DNA from: Rickettsiales bacterium
Lineage (GTDB): Bacteria > Pseudomonadota > Alphaproteobacteria > Methylaequorales > Methylaequoraceae
Direction: 5' to 3'
DNA: 64,000 nucleotides
Assembly (NCBI GenBank): GCA_002691145.1
Contig: NZHE01000006.1
Location: 2,564 to 66,563 of the forward strand
The notes below the pieces were generated by a model. It worked only from the letters and a program-made list of their open reading frames with translations. It was not told the DNA's origin and searched no databases. A program made the translations under genes and the position numbers. Below are positions 39,818-49,910 of this stretch, in pieces. How positions within the stretch are numbered: position 1 is the first letter of the stretch; each line of letters starts with the position of its first letter.

Positions 39818-40841
39818 TTTCAAATAGAGCTTTTGAAGTTTTTGCAATTGAAAACATCATAAATTTTATTTGCAAGTCTACATTTTGAGGTTCTGTTTTA
39901 ATCCTTTTTTCAAGCAGATGTATTCTTTCAATAACGTTACAAATCCTTATCTTTGACCATATTTTTGCCTGATTAATAAATTTTTCTTTATTTTTGAAAA
40001 ATATTGGGGGTTTAATGTGTTTTATGGCATTTTCAGAGCCGGACTCAATTTTTAATTTTTCTTTGTATAACAATAATTTAAAAAAATGCCTGGACATGGA
40101 GTTTAGAATTTGGATGTTCGACACGCCATTTTTCAACAGATTATCATGTATTCTTTCGGTAAAAGTTAATTTTCCTGAAAGAATAATATATATTAAGTCA
40201 TCAATTTTTTTAGAAGTCTGGTAATTAATTATTTCTTTAATTTGTTCTATCGATATATTATTCTCTTTTTTATAGAAAAGTATAATTTTTTCCGTTTCTT
40301 GTATTAGGGAATTTCTGTCCACCATGGGAATTTTTACGATAAAATTTAAAATCTCGTCTTTTAGCCTTATTTTTTCAATGTCTAAGTAGTATTGTATTAC
40401 ACTTTTCTTTTCAAGTTCCGTATCTTCGTAACAAGGTATCGTGCAAAATTTATCATCGCTTTCAAATAGCTTTCTAATTTTACTTTTCTTATCTAATTCA
40501 CTTGCCTTTATAATTACAATTGTCTTATTTTTATTCCTAATTTTTTTAAAATCTAGTAGCTTTGGTAAAATATCGGGATTTTGAAGAGAACAATAAATTA
40601 TTTTTTTCTGTGCGAACAAATCTTCTGAATAAAATTTCTCATTAAGATAATTTTTGTTCTTAACAAGAGATTCATCGGAAACTGTGATACTACTATCTAT
40701 ATTTTCTTCATGCTGAAGAAATTTCTTTAATCTTCCCACCAATTGCTCTGATTTTCCATAATTTGGACCGTAAATAAGAAAAAAAAAATAATTTTTAAAA
40801 TTTGAGAAATTATCTGCAAATTTGTTATAGTTTATTATCAT
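39810..40841 (-). CDS. holA: DNA polymerase III delta subunit
   Basis: 343 aa. Conserved leuS-lptE-holA order. The N-terminus YFFFLIYGPNYG resembles the delta N-terminal pattern. Confidence 0.75.
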   Translation of the reverse strand: MIINYNKFADNFSNFKNYFFFLIYGPNYGKSEQLVGRLKKFLQHEENIDSSITVSDESLVKNKNYLNEKFYSEDLFAQKKIIYCSLQNPDILPKLLDFKKIRNKNKTIVIIKASELDKKSKIRKLFESDDKFCTIPCYEDTELEKKSVIQYYLDIEKIRLKDEILNFIVKIPMVDRNSLIQETEKIILFYKKENNISIEQIKEIINYQTSKKIDDLIYIILSGKLTFTERIHDNLLKNGVSNIQILNSMSRHFFKLLLYKEKLKIESGSENAIKHIKPPIFFKNKEKFINQAKIWSKIRICNVIERIHLLEKRIKTEPQNVDLQIKFMMFSIAKTSKALFEIT

Positions 40842-41338
40842 GGATAGATTTTTCTATAATTATTCAAAGAGAGAGACAAGAGAGCAATTTCATCAGCTAA
40901 ATTAAGTAACAAATTTTTGCTAGTTGTCTCGTTTGCAACTAGATTTGAGTACGGACTTTCACCTATATCATAACTTGATTGCCTTTCAATTGTACCTTTA
41001 GTGATTACGCCCTTCTTATCATAGAAAACAAATTCTACAAAATATTTGATACCATACTTTGTAGTTGAAAGGTCTTTCTGTAGTCCTAGACTAAAGACGG
41101 TTTTTTTGACGACAGCGACTAACTTCAAAGACGAGGGTTTAAGTGAGTTAGTTTGTAATCTTTGTTTCAGGAAGTTTGTTAATAAAGCTTTTTCGTTTTT
41201 TTGTTCATCTAAAGACTTTACAACTACCTCTATCTGGAAGTCTAACAATTTTCTTGATTCCTTATAAATAGGCTTAAAGCCACATGAATATACTAGTGAA
41301 ATGAGAATTAAGTTAAGTAAATTTTTTTTCATTTTCAT
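40838..41338 (-). CDS. lptE: LPS-assembly lipoprotein LptE
   Basis: Lipobox LVYSCG, 166 aa, immediately downstream of leuS. Confidence 0.75.
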   Translation of the reverse strand: MKMKKNLLNLILISLVYSCGFKPIYKESRKLLDFQIEVVVKSLDEQKNEKALLTNFLKQRLQTNSLKPSSLKLVAVVKKTVFSLGLQKDLSTTKYGIKYFVEFVFYDKKGVITKGTIERQSSYDIGESPYSNLVANETTSKNLLLNLADEIALLSLSLNNYRKIYP

Positions 41339-43878
41339 ACTACAAAGTTTATAATTTTATTTTTAATAAATATTATCTTTTTTATATTTAAGTCTTGAAA
41401 TAAGTTACTTTCTTTTACAATTTTAACGACTTCATCTTTTTCGGAGTCAATTTTTACCTCAACTAATTCTTTTTTCTTCCCATTTATTTGAACCACTATT
41501 TTTATAATATCTTTTTTTAGAAATTTTTTATCTGCAATTGGCCACTGAAAGTCAATCAATGAACCAGTAAATCCACCCATATGCGCGATTTCTTCAGACA
41601 AATGCGGCGTGAACAGATATATAAGTCTTATGAAAGTAGTCCATGAGCAATTAAATTCTACTTTTGTGAGCTGAAGATCTATTTTAATTAGTTCATTTGA
41701 AAATTCTCTTAGTTTAGCTACAGCTGAGTTAAATCTATATGATTCAATATCGTTCGTGAAGTTATATATAACGTTGTGAATTAGCTTTTGTAATTCTAGA
41801 CTAATGTTTTCTTGTAAATCTTTAATATCTAGAAATTCAAAGTCTTTATTTTCTAAAAGAAGATAAATTCTATTTAAGAATTTCCATGTGGATTTTATCC
41901 CATCTGAAGACCATTGAAGATCTTTTTCGGGAGGAGAATCAGACATCATAAATAACCGAGCAGTGTCAGCACCATACTTATTAATAATGTTGGATGGATT
42001 TATAACATTTTTCTTTGATTTGCTCATTTTTTCTGATCGACCAACAACAACAGATTTACCATCTTTTGTAATGTATTTATTATTATTTTTAATTACATTA
42101 TCCGGTTCTACCCACTGATTATTTGAATCTCTGAAAGTTTCGTGACATACCATCCCCTGGGTAAGAAGTTTTTTAAATGGTTCTAAAGGAACTGAATATC
42201 CGCATCTTTTCAGAGCTCTCATAAAAAAACGTGAATATAATAGATGTAAAATAGCGTGTTCAATCCCTCCAATATACTGATCTACAGGCATCCAATAATC
42301 TACATCATTTTTATCAAATGGCAATTTTTCATTATGTGGAGAGCAAAATCTTAGAAAATACCAAGAAGAATCAAAGAAAGTATCTAAAGTGTCTGTTTCT
42401 CTTACAGCGTTTAAACCTGTCTCGGGACATTTTATATTTTTCCAGGTTTTATCTTGAAGAGGGACAGTTTTTGAACTAAAATCAGAAGTTTTAGGCAGGA
42501 TTACTGGTAATTCATTTTCTTTTACTGTTAAGATCTTTCCATCCTCTCTGTATATTATTGGAATAGGACAACCCCAGTATCTCTGTCTTGAAACTCCCCA
42601 ATCTCTTAATCTGAAAGAAACTTTTACATTACCAATGCCCATTGAATTTAATCTCTTGATAACTACTTCTCTACCTTTTTCAACTTTCAAATCATTAAGA
42701 AATGCTGAATTTTTTATAATCGCAGTATTATCATAAATAAATGGGAGCTTATCTACGCAACTTTTATTGGGCATTTTAGTTGATACTATTGGTTTAATTT
42801 CTAAATTATATTTTTCTGCAAATTCAAAATCTCTTTGATCATGTGCTGGGCATCCAAATATTGCTCCTGTTCCATAATCCATCAAAATAAAGTTTGCAAA
42901 GAAAACAGGAAGGCTTTTACCCTTGATAAACGGATGCTCCACGGATAAATTAGTTTTGAAACCCAGTTTTGCATTAATTGATTGGGATTCTTCAGATGTA
43001 TCTTGAGTTTCACAGATTTTCTTAAAATCTATAAATGATTTGTCAGACTTAAAAAATTCAGATATTGGATGGTTTACCGCTAATGCTATAAAAGATGCTC
43101 CAAAGATTGTTTCAGGTTTCGTTGTAAATATGTTTATCTTTCTAACCTTCAAATTATCGTTAGTATTTGAGTTTATATCAAAATTAATTTCTATGCCCTC
43201 AGACCTACCGATCCAATTCTTTTGCATTGTTTTGACTTTTTCAGGCCACAAATCGAGACCTTTTAAATCTTCTAGCAAATCGTTAGCAAATTCTGTTATT
43301 TTAAAAAACCATTGTGATAACTTTTTTTTTTCTACCTTTGCACCCGACCTCCATCCCTTTCCATCGATGACTTGTTCATTAGCAAGAACAGTAAGATCAA
43401 CCGGATCCCAATTTACAAAGCTGTCTTTTTTATAAATTAAACCGTTATTATAAAGGTCTATAAAAAGTTTTTGTTGATGTTTATAGTATTCTATTGAGCA
43501 GGTTGATATTTCCTTACTCCAATCAATAGCAAGGCCCATCTCTTTTAGTTGAGTTTTCATATTCTTAATATTTTTTAAAGTCCATTTATCTGGACTAGTA
43601 GTATTCTCTATTGCTGCATTTTCAGCTGGCATACCAAAAGAATCCCAACCCATTGGGTGTAAGACGTTATAAGAATTTGCTTTGTAGAATCTAGCAACTA
43701 CATCTCCAAGTGTATAATTCCTTACATGTCCCATGTGAATCCTACCGGACGGATATGGAAACATCTCCAAAATATAGAATTTTTTCTTTTCCTTTTTTCT
43801 TAGAGACTTGTGTATATTTGACTGATGCCAAATTTTCTGCCATTTTTTTTCAATTTTGTTATGATCGTAAGAACTCAT
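41335..43878 (-). CDS. leuS: leucine--tRNA ligase
   Basis: HIGH-type HMGHVRNY and KMSKSKKN motifs. 847 aa. Confidence 0.98.
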   Translation of the reverse strand: MSSYDHNKIEKKWQKIWHQSNIHKSLRKKEKKKFYILEMFPYPSGRIHMGHVRNYTLGDVVARFYKANSYNVLHPMGWDSFGMPAENAAIENTTSPDKWTLKNIKNMKTQLKEMGLAIDWSKEISTCSIEYYKHQQKLFIDLYNNGLIYKKDSFVNWDPVDLTVLANEQVIDGKGWRSGAKVEKKKLSQWFFKITEFANDLLEDLKGLDLWPEKVKTMQKNWIGRSEGIEINFDINSNTNDNLKVRKINIFTTKPETIFGASFIALAVNHPISEFFKSDKSFIDFKKICETQDTSEESQSINAKLGFKTNLSVEHPFIKGKSLPVFFANFILMDYGTGAIFGCPAHDQRDFEFAEKYNLEIKPIVSTKMPNKSCVDKLPFIYDNTAIIKNSAFLNDLKVEKGREVVIKRLNSMGIGNVKVSFRLRDWGVSRQRYWGCPIPIIYREDGKILTVKENELPVILPKTSDFSSKTVPLQDKTWKNIKCPETGLNAVRETDTLDTFFDSSWYFLRFCSPHNEKLPFDKNDVDYWMPVDQYIGGIEHAILHLLYSRFFMRALKRCGYSVPLEPFKKLLTQGMVCHETFRDSNNQWVEPDNVIKNNNKYITKDGKSVVVGRSEKMSKSKKNVINPSNIINKYGADTARLFMMSDSPPEKDLQWSSDGIKSTWKFLNRIYLLLENKDFEFLDIKDLQENISLELQKLIHNVIYNFTNDIESYRFNSAVAKLREFSNELIKIDLQLTKVEFNCSWTTFIRLIYLFTPHLSEEIAHMGGFTGSLIDFQWPIADKKFLKKDIIKIVVQINGKKKELVEVKIDSEKDEVVKIVKESNLFQDLNIKKIIFIKNKIINFVV

Positions 43879-43887
43879 AATTTAAAC

Positions 43888-44454
43888 CTATAGATAATTA
43901 AAACTTTCAATTCCACCAAATCCTGTTAAATATTTGTTTTTTAATGACTTAAATCTTACTTCATTCATTCCTCCTAATGCAAATACATTAGTATTAGAAT
44001 ATTTACACAGATTTATAAATCTAATTTTTCGATGTTCAGCAAGCTCCTTATGGCTATTCGTTTTAAAAGCAGGCGAGATAAATATGAAATCAAAGTTAGC
44101 TTTTCGGGATAAATACATTTCTTTCATATTGTGTATTGAGGTTGCAACTATAAGTTTATTAGTTTTTAGTAGATTTAAACGTGTACTCAAAGAGTTTCTT
44201 TGTCGATGAATGGATATATAAACTCCATTGGCGTTGTATTTTTTTGCCCAATATACAGAATGTGGTATCAAAAATATTTTTTTTGTTTTCTTACAGACAT
44301 CTACATACTCCTTTAATAATTTAAAAAAATTGCTATCTAAATTTTTTTTTTTGTAAAAAATTATTCCTATATCATTTTTTATATTATAAAATGTATTTAA
44401 ACATTTATCGTTATTAGGGTCGCAAAAAAACCATCTTCTAGAAATATTTTTCAT
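43888..44454 (-). CDS. ThiE/TenI-family (thiamine-phosphate synthase-like) protein
   Basis: VATSIHNMKEMYLSRKANFDFIFISPAFKTNSH...FALGGMN fits the TMP-TENI barrel pattern. The N-terminus is divergent. I prefer the ATG at 44454 (ORF extends to 44490). Confidence 0.55.
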   Translation of the reverse strand: MKNISRRWFFCDPNNDKCLNTFYNIKNDIGIIFYKKKNLDSNFFKLLKEYVDVCKKTKKIFLIPHSVYWAKKYNANGVYISIHRQRNSLSTRLNLLKTNKLIVATSIHNMKEMYLSRKANFDFIFISPAFKTNSHKELAEHRKIRFINLCKYSNTNVFALGGMNEVRFKSLKNKYLTGFGGIESFNYL

Positions 44455-44466
44455 TAAATTTTTATC

Positions 44467-45156
44467 ATGAGTTTTATAGTTGATAACCATAGCAAGATTT
44501 TAGAAGAAATAATTGAATTTAAAAAAAAAAAGAATATCAATCTTAAAACAAAGATTATTGCTGTATCCAAGACTTTTAAAGCTGATGCAATCTTACCTTT
44601 ATTAAGAGCAGGTCATAAAGAATTTGGAGAAAACAAGGTTCAAGAGGCACACCTTAAATGGGCAAAACTGAAACAAGATTTTAATAACATAAATTTGCAT
44701 TTAATTGGCCCTCTTCAATCTAACAAAGTAAAACAAGCGCTTGACATTTTTGATTGCATTCAAACTTTAGATAGAGAAAAAATAGTTTTAAAAATAAAAA
44801 ATTATATAAATATGAGAGGGAACGAACTTAAAACCAATCATCAATTTATGGTACAAGTTAATGTTGATAATGAATCTCAAAAATCCGGATTGAACATTAA
44901 TGATGTCACTGAGTTTGTTAAGTGGTGTAAATTTGATATAAAGATAAATATCGTTGGTTTAATGTGTATTCCAGATTTTAACAAAGACCCCTCGGGTGCT
45001 TTTAAAACCTTAAGTAAACTTGCCGATAATTGCAGTTTAAAAGAAAAAAGTATGGGCATGAGCAAAGATTACCTCTCAGCAATAGAATTTGGTTCCAGTT
45101 ACATTAGACTAGGTACAAAAATATTTGGTGAAAGAGTTAAGCAACAATTAATCTAG
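44467..45156 (+). CDS. yggS: YggS-family pyridoxal-phosphate homeostasis protein
   Basis: AVSKTF (PLP lysine), GHKEFGENKVQEA, MGMSKDY, IRLGTKIFG. Confidence 0.9.
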   Translation: MSFIVDNHSKILEEIIEFKKKKNINLKTKIIAVSKTFKADAILPLLRAGHKEFGENKVQEAHLKWAKLKQDFNNINLHLIGPLQSNKVKQALDIFDCIQTLDREKIVLKIKNYINMRGNELKTNHQFMVQVNVDNESQKSGLNINDVTEFVKWCKFDIKINIVGLMCIPDFNKDPSGAFKTLSKLADNCSLKEKSMGMSKDYLSAIEFGSSYIRLGTKIFGERVKQQLI

Positions 45157-45649
45157 TACTTTTTGTGGCTAATGAAACAAGTTTTATAAGAGAGTCTTTC
45201 CGAATTGCGATGCAACCCTCCGTAGAAATCTGTTGTTCACCTATACAATGTAAAAAAATTGCACTCCCTCTGAAGGGCACCCTTTTTTGAGTATTAAAAC
45301 TTAAAGAAATAATTATGTCATACGAACTTGTGTTTATAAATAAGTCTTCATGAATGCAATTATATGGCTTTTTGATAAGTTGATTATATTTTTTATTTTT
45401 ACTGTCCGTACACCAGCCCATCGAAGGCTTTATTACTTTTTTGGTTAAGCATGTTTTTAAAGCTGTTATTTTATCATTTCGAAAAAAAACAGACTCGAGT
45501 TTAAACTTTCCTTTTGGAGTGACCCCATCTCCTTCTTTAGTTTTGATTCCTATCCCACATCTTCCGATCAAGCATTCTTCATCAATATTATTAAATGTTA
45601 GATTGGCTCTGTATTTATGATTTTTTTTCTTTACAATTATAACTGACAT
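45137..45649 (-). CDS. YkuD-domain (L,D-transpeptidase catalytic fold) protein without obvious signal peptide
   Basis: GSAIFLHCIGEQQISTEGCIAI contains the His...Cys YkuD catalytic pattern. 170 aa. Confidence 0.7.
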   Translation of the reverse strand: MSVIIVKKKNHKYRANLTFNNIDEECLIGRCGIGIKTKEGDGVTPKGKFKLESVFFRNDKITALKTCLTKKVIKPSMGWCTDSKNKKYNQLIKKPYNCIHEDLFINTSSYDIIISLSFNTQKRVPFRGSAIFLHCIGEQQISTEGCIAIRKDSLIKLVSLATKSTRLIVA

Positions 45650-46301
45650 GGTGAATGATTCTTATAAAATAAACATAATATCAGAAAATAATTTTATTAT
45701 TAGAGATTTGAAAGAAACTTTAAAGTCTTTTTTTAAAACAGAAATTAATATAATTCCTTTTTGCACAGAAAGTATATCAAATTCAAATAAAAACATACAC
45801 ATTATATCTTTAATCGATAACAGAAAAATAGAGGATCTTAGCTCTTTTAGAGAGAGCTGTTTAGTTTTTATAACAGACAACATAAAAACCCAGGAATTAA
45901 TAATTAAAGCGGGTTTTGATTTTGTCTCTACTCCATTTAAAATTGAATCTCTGATTACAAAGGTAAATTTTCTGAAAAAAAAGATAGTTAATTTTAGTCA
46001 CCCTATATTAATTGGTGAGTACCATTATTTTACTTCAAGTTCAGAGATATACTGTAAAGATAGAGATTTAAAAATAAAACTTACTCAAATGGAAAATAAC
46101 TTTTTAAAATTTCTGGCAAACGAAAATAAATCTTTAAAGAAAGATGAGATACTATTAAAAGTATGGGGATATCAAAAGAAATTACAAACGCATGTGCTTG
46201 AGACATTGGTCTATAGGATTAGATGTAAAATAGAGAAAAATCCAAAAAACCCAAAGATATTGATATTTAAAGACAATAAATATTTTTTAAAGAAAAATTA
46301 A
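45648..46301 (+). CDS. OmpR/PhoB-family winged-helix regulator with degenerate receiver domain
   Basis: C-terminus LTQMENNFLKFLANE...ILLKVWGYQKKLQTHVLETLVYRIRCKIEKNP is a trans_reg_C pattern. The N-terminal REC-like fold has ENN where EDD is expected and TPF where KPF is expected. Confidence 0.7.
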   Translation: MVNDSYKINIISENNFIIRDLKETLKSFFKTEINIIPFCTESISNSNKNIHIISLIDNRKIEDLSSFRESCLVFITDNIKTQELIIKAGFDFVSTPFKIESLITKVNFLKKKIVNFSHPILIGEYHYFTSSSEIYCKDRDLKIKLTQMENNFLKFLANENKSLKKDEILLKVWGYQKKLQTHVLETLVYRIRCKIEKNPKNPKILIFKDNKYFLKKN

Positions 46302-47086
46302 ATTATAAACTCTATCAGAACGGGCACATGGTCAGATGGCCTTTCCCAGCCTCTTGTTTCAGAAACAATTTTCACGGATACCTTTTTAAATCTTAAGTCA
46401 TTTGAAGCCCAGACGTGATCAAGCCTTCTCCCTTTATTTGAAGTCAAGTGATTTTTTGCTCGATAACTCCACCAAGTAAAAGGATGTTTTGGTGGGAATA
46501 TCTTTTCTTCGATGATATCTACCCAACTGTTAGATTCTTTAAATTCTTTTAAACTTTTTCTTTCTATAAATGTATGGCTTATTACATTAGCGAGTTGCTT
46601 ATGACTCCAAACATCAATTTCTCTAGGTGCAACATTAAAGTCTCCACAAATTATAGTTTTCTTTGGTCTTTCTCTCAAAGACCACTCTTTTAATTCAGTA
46701 AGAAAATCTAATTTGTGTTTAAATTTTGAGTTCTTGTTTGGATCTGGTATTTCTCCTCCTGCTGGAACATAAAAGCAGTGAATATCAAATTTTTCCCAAG
46801 TAGCCATTATATGTCTTCCATCTTTTAGTGAACACCAATTAATAGAATTACTACTAGACGCATTTAATTTTGAAATAATACAAACTCCATTGTAAGAAGG
46901 AATCCCATTTATATAAAAATGTTTAAAACCTGATTCTAAAAAAAACTCTTTAGGAAAAAGTTCATTTGATACTTTAGTTTCCTGTAAACAAATAATCTCT
47001 GGTTGAACATCAGCTATCAGTTTTTTTATATGTTGTAGCCTTGCTCTAATTGAATTTACATTCCAAGATATGAGTTTAACTTTCAT
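46298..47086 (-). CDS. xthA: exodeoxyribonuclease III
   Basis: SWNVNSIRAR, LQETK, SDHVPV. Confidence 0.95.
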   Translation of the reverse strand: MKVKLISWNVNSIRARLQHIKKLIADVQPEIICLQETKVSNELFPKEFFLESGFKHFYINGIPSYNGVCIISKLNASSSNSINWCSLKDGRHIMATWEKFDIHCFYVPAGGEIPDPNKNSKFKHKLDFLTELKEWSLRERPKKTIICGDFNVAPREIDVWSHKQLANVISHTFIERKSLKEFKESNSWVDIIEEKIFPPKHPFTWWSYRAKNHLTSNKGRRLDHVWASNDLRFKKVSVKIVSETRGWERPSDHVPVLIEFII

Positions 47087-47087
47087 G

Positions 47088-47717
47088 TCAATATACTTTT
47101 TTCCCTAAAGGTACTTTAGAAGGATCTTCAATCCGAAAAAGCTTTTGATTTAGTTTATTATTTAATGATAAATTTTTAAGAAAGATTACTGTTTGAGTGC
47201 CTGTTCCGTCTTTTACAATCCATTTTTTTAAAATCAGTGGTTTTTCTTCAAAGATTAATCTTATACTTTCGAGTTTTTGATTTTCTTTTTCTTTCAGCTC
47301 AATCTCAACAATCTTATTTTGGTTCTGATAGTCAATTATTTTGTAATCTTTCATTAAAAATTTTTCTGATACGAGCATTTTAATGGGTATATCACTCATT
47401 TTATAAACATTTATATATGGTATTTTTTTATTTATATGAACTAGCTTCCTATTATCACTAATGATCAAATTAGGATTGGGCTGAGTATATTCAACCCTAA
47501 GTTTTCCAGGCTTTTGCATGAAAATCATTCCAGTTTCAGAATTTCCATTAGAATCAATCTGTACAAATTCAGATGAGAGTGATGTAATATCGGATAAAAA
47601 TTTGCTAATTTCATTAATCTTAGTATCACTACTAAAGCTACTCAGGATAAAGCAAAAAAATATATTTAAAAGTAATTTACATTTCTTTTCCAACCAAAAC
47701 TTCCCTTCTTCCAACAT
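47088..47717 (-). CDS. lolA: outer-membrane lipoprotein carrier LolA-like protein
   Basis: Signal peptide KKCKLLLNIFFCFILSSFSS, about 200 aa, conserved ftsK-lolA order. The start is uncertain: ATG at 47717, or TTG at 47693 preceded by GGGAAG. Either start overlaps the ftsK 3' end. Confidence 0.7.
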   Translation of the reverse strand: MLEEGKFWLEKKCKLLLNIFFCFILSSFSSDTKINEISKFLSDITSLSSEFVQIDSNGNSETGMIFMQKPGKLRVEYTQPNPNLIISDNRKLVHINKKIPYINVYKMSDIPIKMLVSEKFLMKDYKIIDYQNQNKIVEIELKEKENQKLESIRLIFEEKPLILKKWIVKDGTGTQTVIFLKNLSLNNKLNQKLFRIEDPSKVPLGKKVY

Positions 47718-49854
47718 GATTTGCTGGACTAACAATGCCTTCTGACTCCATTTTTTCTATGATTCTTGCTGCTCTATTATATCCAATTTGTAGATGTCTT
47801 TGAATAAAACTTGTTGATGCTTTCTTTTCTCTGCAAACTATGGAAACAGCTTTATTATATAATTCATCACTTTTTTCAAGGTCAAGTGCAAAAAGAGGGT
47901 CACTTTCTTCTTCATTTGTAATTGCCTCAAGATATTCTGGCTCACCCTGACTTCTGAGGTGCTTAACAACAGATTCAACTTCAAAGGTTTTTACAAATGG
48001 ACCATGAACACGTTTCAGTCTTTCTCCAGTCATGGTTATGAGTAAGTCTCCTTTACCAAGCAACTGCTCTCCTCCTTGTTCACCAAGAATTGTCCTACTG
48101 TCTATTTTAGACGTTACTTGATAACTTATCCTGGAGGGAAAGTTGGATTTAATTGTTCCAGTAATAACATCTACAGAAGGACGTTGTGTAGCAACAATTA
48201 AATGTATTCCCGCGGCCCTGGCCATCTGAGACAATCTCTGAATTGCAGCTTCAATTTCCTTTCCTGATGTTATCATCAGGTCAGCTAATTCATCAACAAT
48301 TACAACTATTTTTGGAAATAATCTAAAATCAATTGTTTTCTTTTCAGTAACAGGTTTACCAGTTTCTGCATCAAAACCTATTTGGACCTCTTTTTGAATT
48401 ATTTCTCCTTTTTCAAGAATTTTTTTAACCTTAAAATTGTAAGTTTCTATCTCTCTGACACCTAATTGTGTCATTAACTGGTATCTTTGCTCCATTTCTT
48501 TAACAGTCCATTTTAGCGCTATCACAGCTTTCTTCGGATCAGTTACTACTTCAGTTAATAAATGTGGTATATCTTGATAAATTGATAATTCTAACATCTT
48601 TGGATCTATTAAGATCAGGCGACATTCTTCAGGTGTACATTTGTACAAAAGCGATAGAATCATGGCATTGATTCCAACAGACTTTCCAGAACCAGTTGTC
48701 CCTGCTACTAATAAATGGGGCATTTTAGCAAGATCAACGGTAACTGGGTTTCCTAAAATATCTTTGCCAAGGACAAGCGGGAGACTGTAGTCTGTTTTCT
48801 TAAAAGCATGACTATCCAATAATTCTCGTAGGAAGACAGTTTCTCTTTGTTTATTAGGAATCTCAATTCCTATACCATCTTTACCAGCAATTGGAGAGAT
48901 CCTTGCTGATATGGCGCTCATAGATCTAGCAATATCATTAGAAAGACCAATGACAGTTGAGGTTTTAGTTCCAGGAGCTGGTGAAAGTTCATACAGTGTA
49001 ACAATAGGCCCTTGTTTCACGGAAGTTATATTCCCTTTAATACTAAAGTCATTCAAAACATTTGAAAGCATAGATGTATTTTTTTTAGCGTCTCTAGTAT
49101 TTTCTGTTTCCACATTATTCTGATTCGATATAATTTCAAGATATTCTAAACTTGGGAAAATATAATTAATATTTCTTTCTTTTGAAAAAGCTTTTGAGAA
49201 AGTTGGAGTCTTTTTTCTAATCTTCTTACTATTTGAGAAAATATTCTTAATACTCAGATTTTTAACTTTAAAAAGAAATAGGAAAAAATTAAATAAGAAC
49301 TTAATGACTTGAAAAAAACCAAAAAAAAAGTTCTTATAGTATGAGAGATTAAGGTTAAGGCTAATTAGAAAAAGAGTTGTGAAGACAATGGAAGTAAAAA
49401 TTAAAAAATACAATTCTGGAATATTGTAAAAATAAAAAAAATATATCTTATTTAAACCCAAACCTACAAATCCAGAAATCCCATAGGGTAAATGGGTGCT
49501 TATATTATTGTACAAATTTCCGAGTAAGAAACAAAATATAACAACGCTAAACGGTGCTACACACAATGCAAACCAGTCTATCAATTGATTGCTCTTGAAT
49601 ATTTTTATACTCCAGGAAAAACTAATGACAGTTAGAAGAAAAGATGATAATCCAAAAGCTCTGAGTAAAAGATCAGAAGTGTAAGAACCAAAAGTACCAA
49701 AAAAATTGTGTTGCTTTTGTTTTAATGAATCACTTTGAAAAAAAGAATTATCGTTTTGATCGTAAGAAAATAATGTCAAAATAAGAAATATTCCAATAAC
49801 TATTAATAATGAGCCTATCAAAATATTTTTTATATTTAATTCTTTTAATTTCAT
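47677..49854 (-). CDS. ftsK: DNA translocase FtsK
   Basis: N-terminal TM segments, Walker A VAGTTGSGKSVGINAMI, C-terminal gamma winged helix. Confidence 0.97.
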   Translation of the reverse strand: MKLKELNIKNILIGSLLIVIGIFLILTLFSYDQNDNSFFQSDSLKQKQHNFFGTFGSYTSDLLLRAFGLSSFLLTVISFSWSIKIFKSNQLIDWFALCVAPFSVVIFCFLLGNLYNNISTHLPYGISGFVGLGLNKIYFFYFYNIPELYFLIFTSIVFTTLFLISLNLNLSYYKNFFFGFFQVIKFLFNFFLFLFKVKNLSIKNIFSNSKKIRKKTPTFSKAFSKERNINYIFPSLEYLEIISNQNNVETENTRDAKKNTSMLSNVLNDFSIKGNITSVKQGPIVTLYELSPAPGTKTSTVIGLSNDIARSMSAISARISPIAGKDGIGIEIPNKQRETVFLRELLDSHAFKKTDYSLPLVLGKDILGNPVTVDLAKMPHLLVAGTTGSGKSVGINAMILSLLYKCTPEECRLILIDPKMLELSIYQDIPHLLTEVVTDPKKAVIALKWTVKEMEQRYQLMTQLGVREIETYNFKVKKILEKGEIIQKEVQIGFDAETGKPVTEKKTIDFRLFPKIVVIVDELADLMITSGKEIEAAIQRLSQMARAAGIHLIVATQRPSVDVITGTIKSNFPSRISYQVTSKIDSRTILGEQGGEQLLGKGDLLITMTGERLKRVHGPFVKTFEVESVVKHLRSQGEPEYLEAITNEEESDPLFALDLEKSDELYNKAVSIVCREKKASTSFIQRHLQIGYNRAARIIEKMESEGIVSPANHVGRREVLVGKEM

Positions 49855-49910
49855 AATCTATTATCATTTATATAATTAGCTATTCAACACTAAATTAATT
49901 TGCTTAAATT

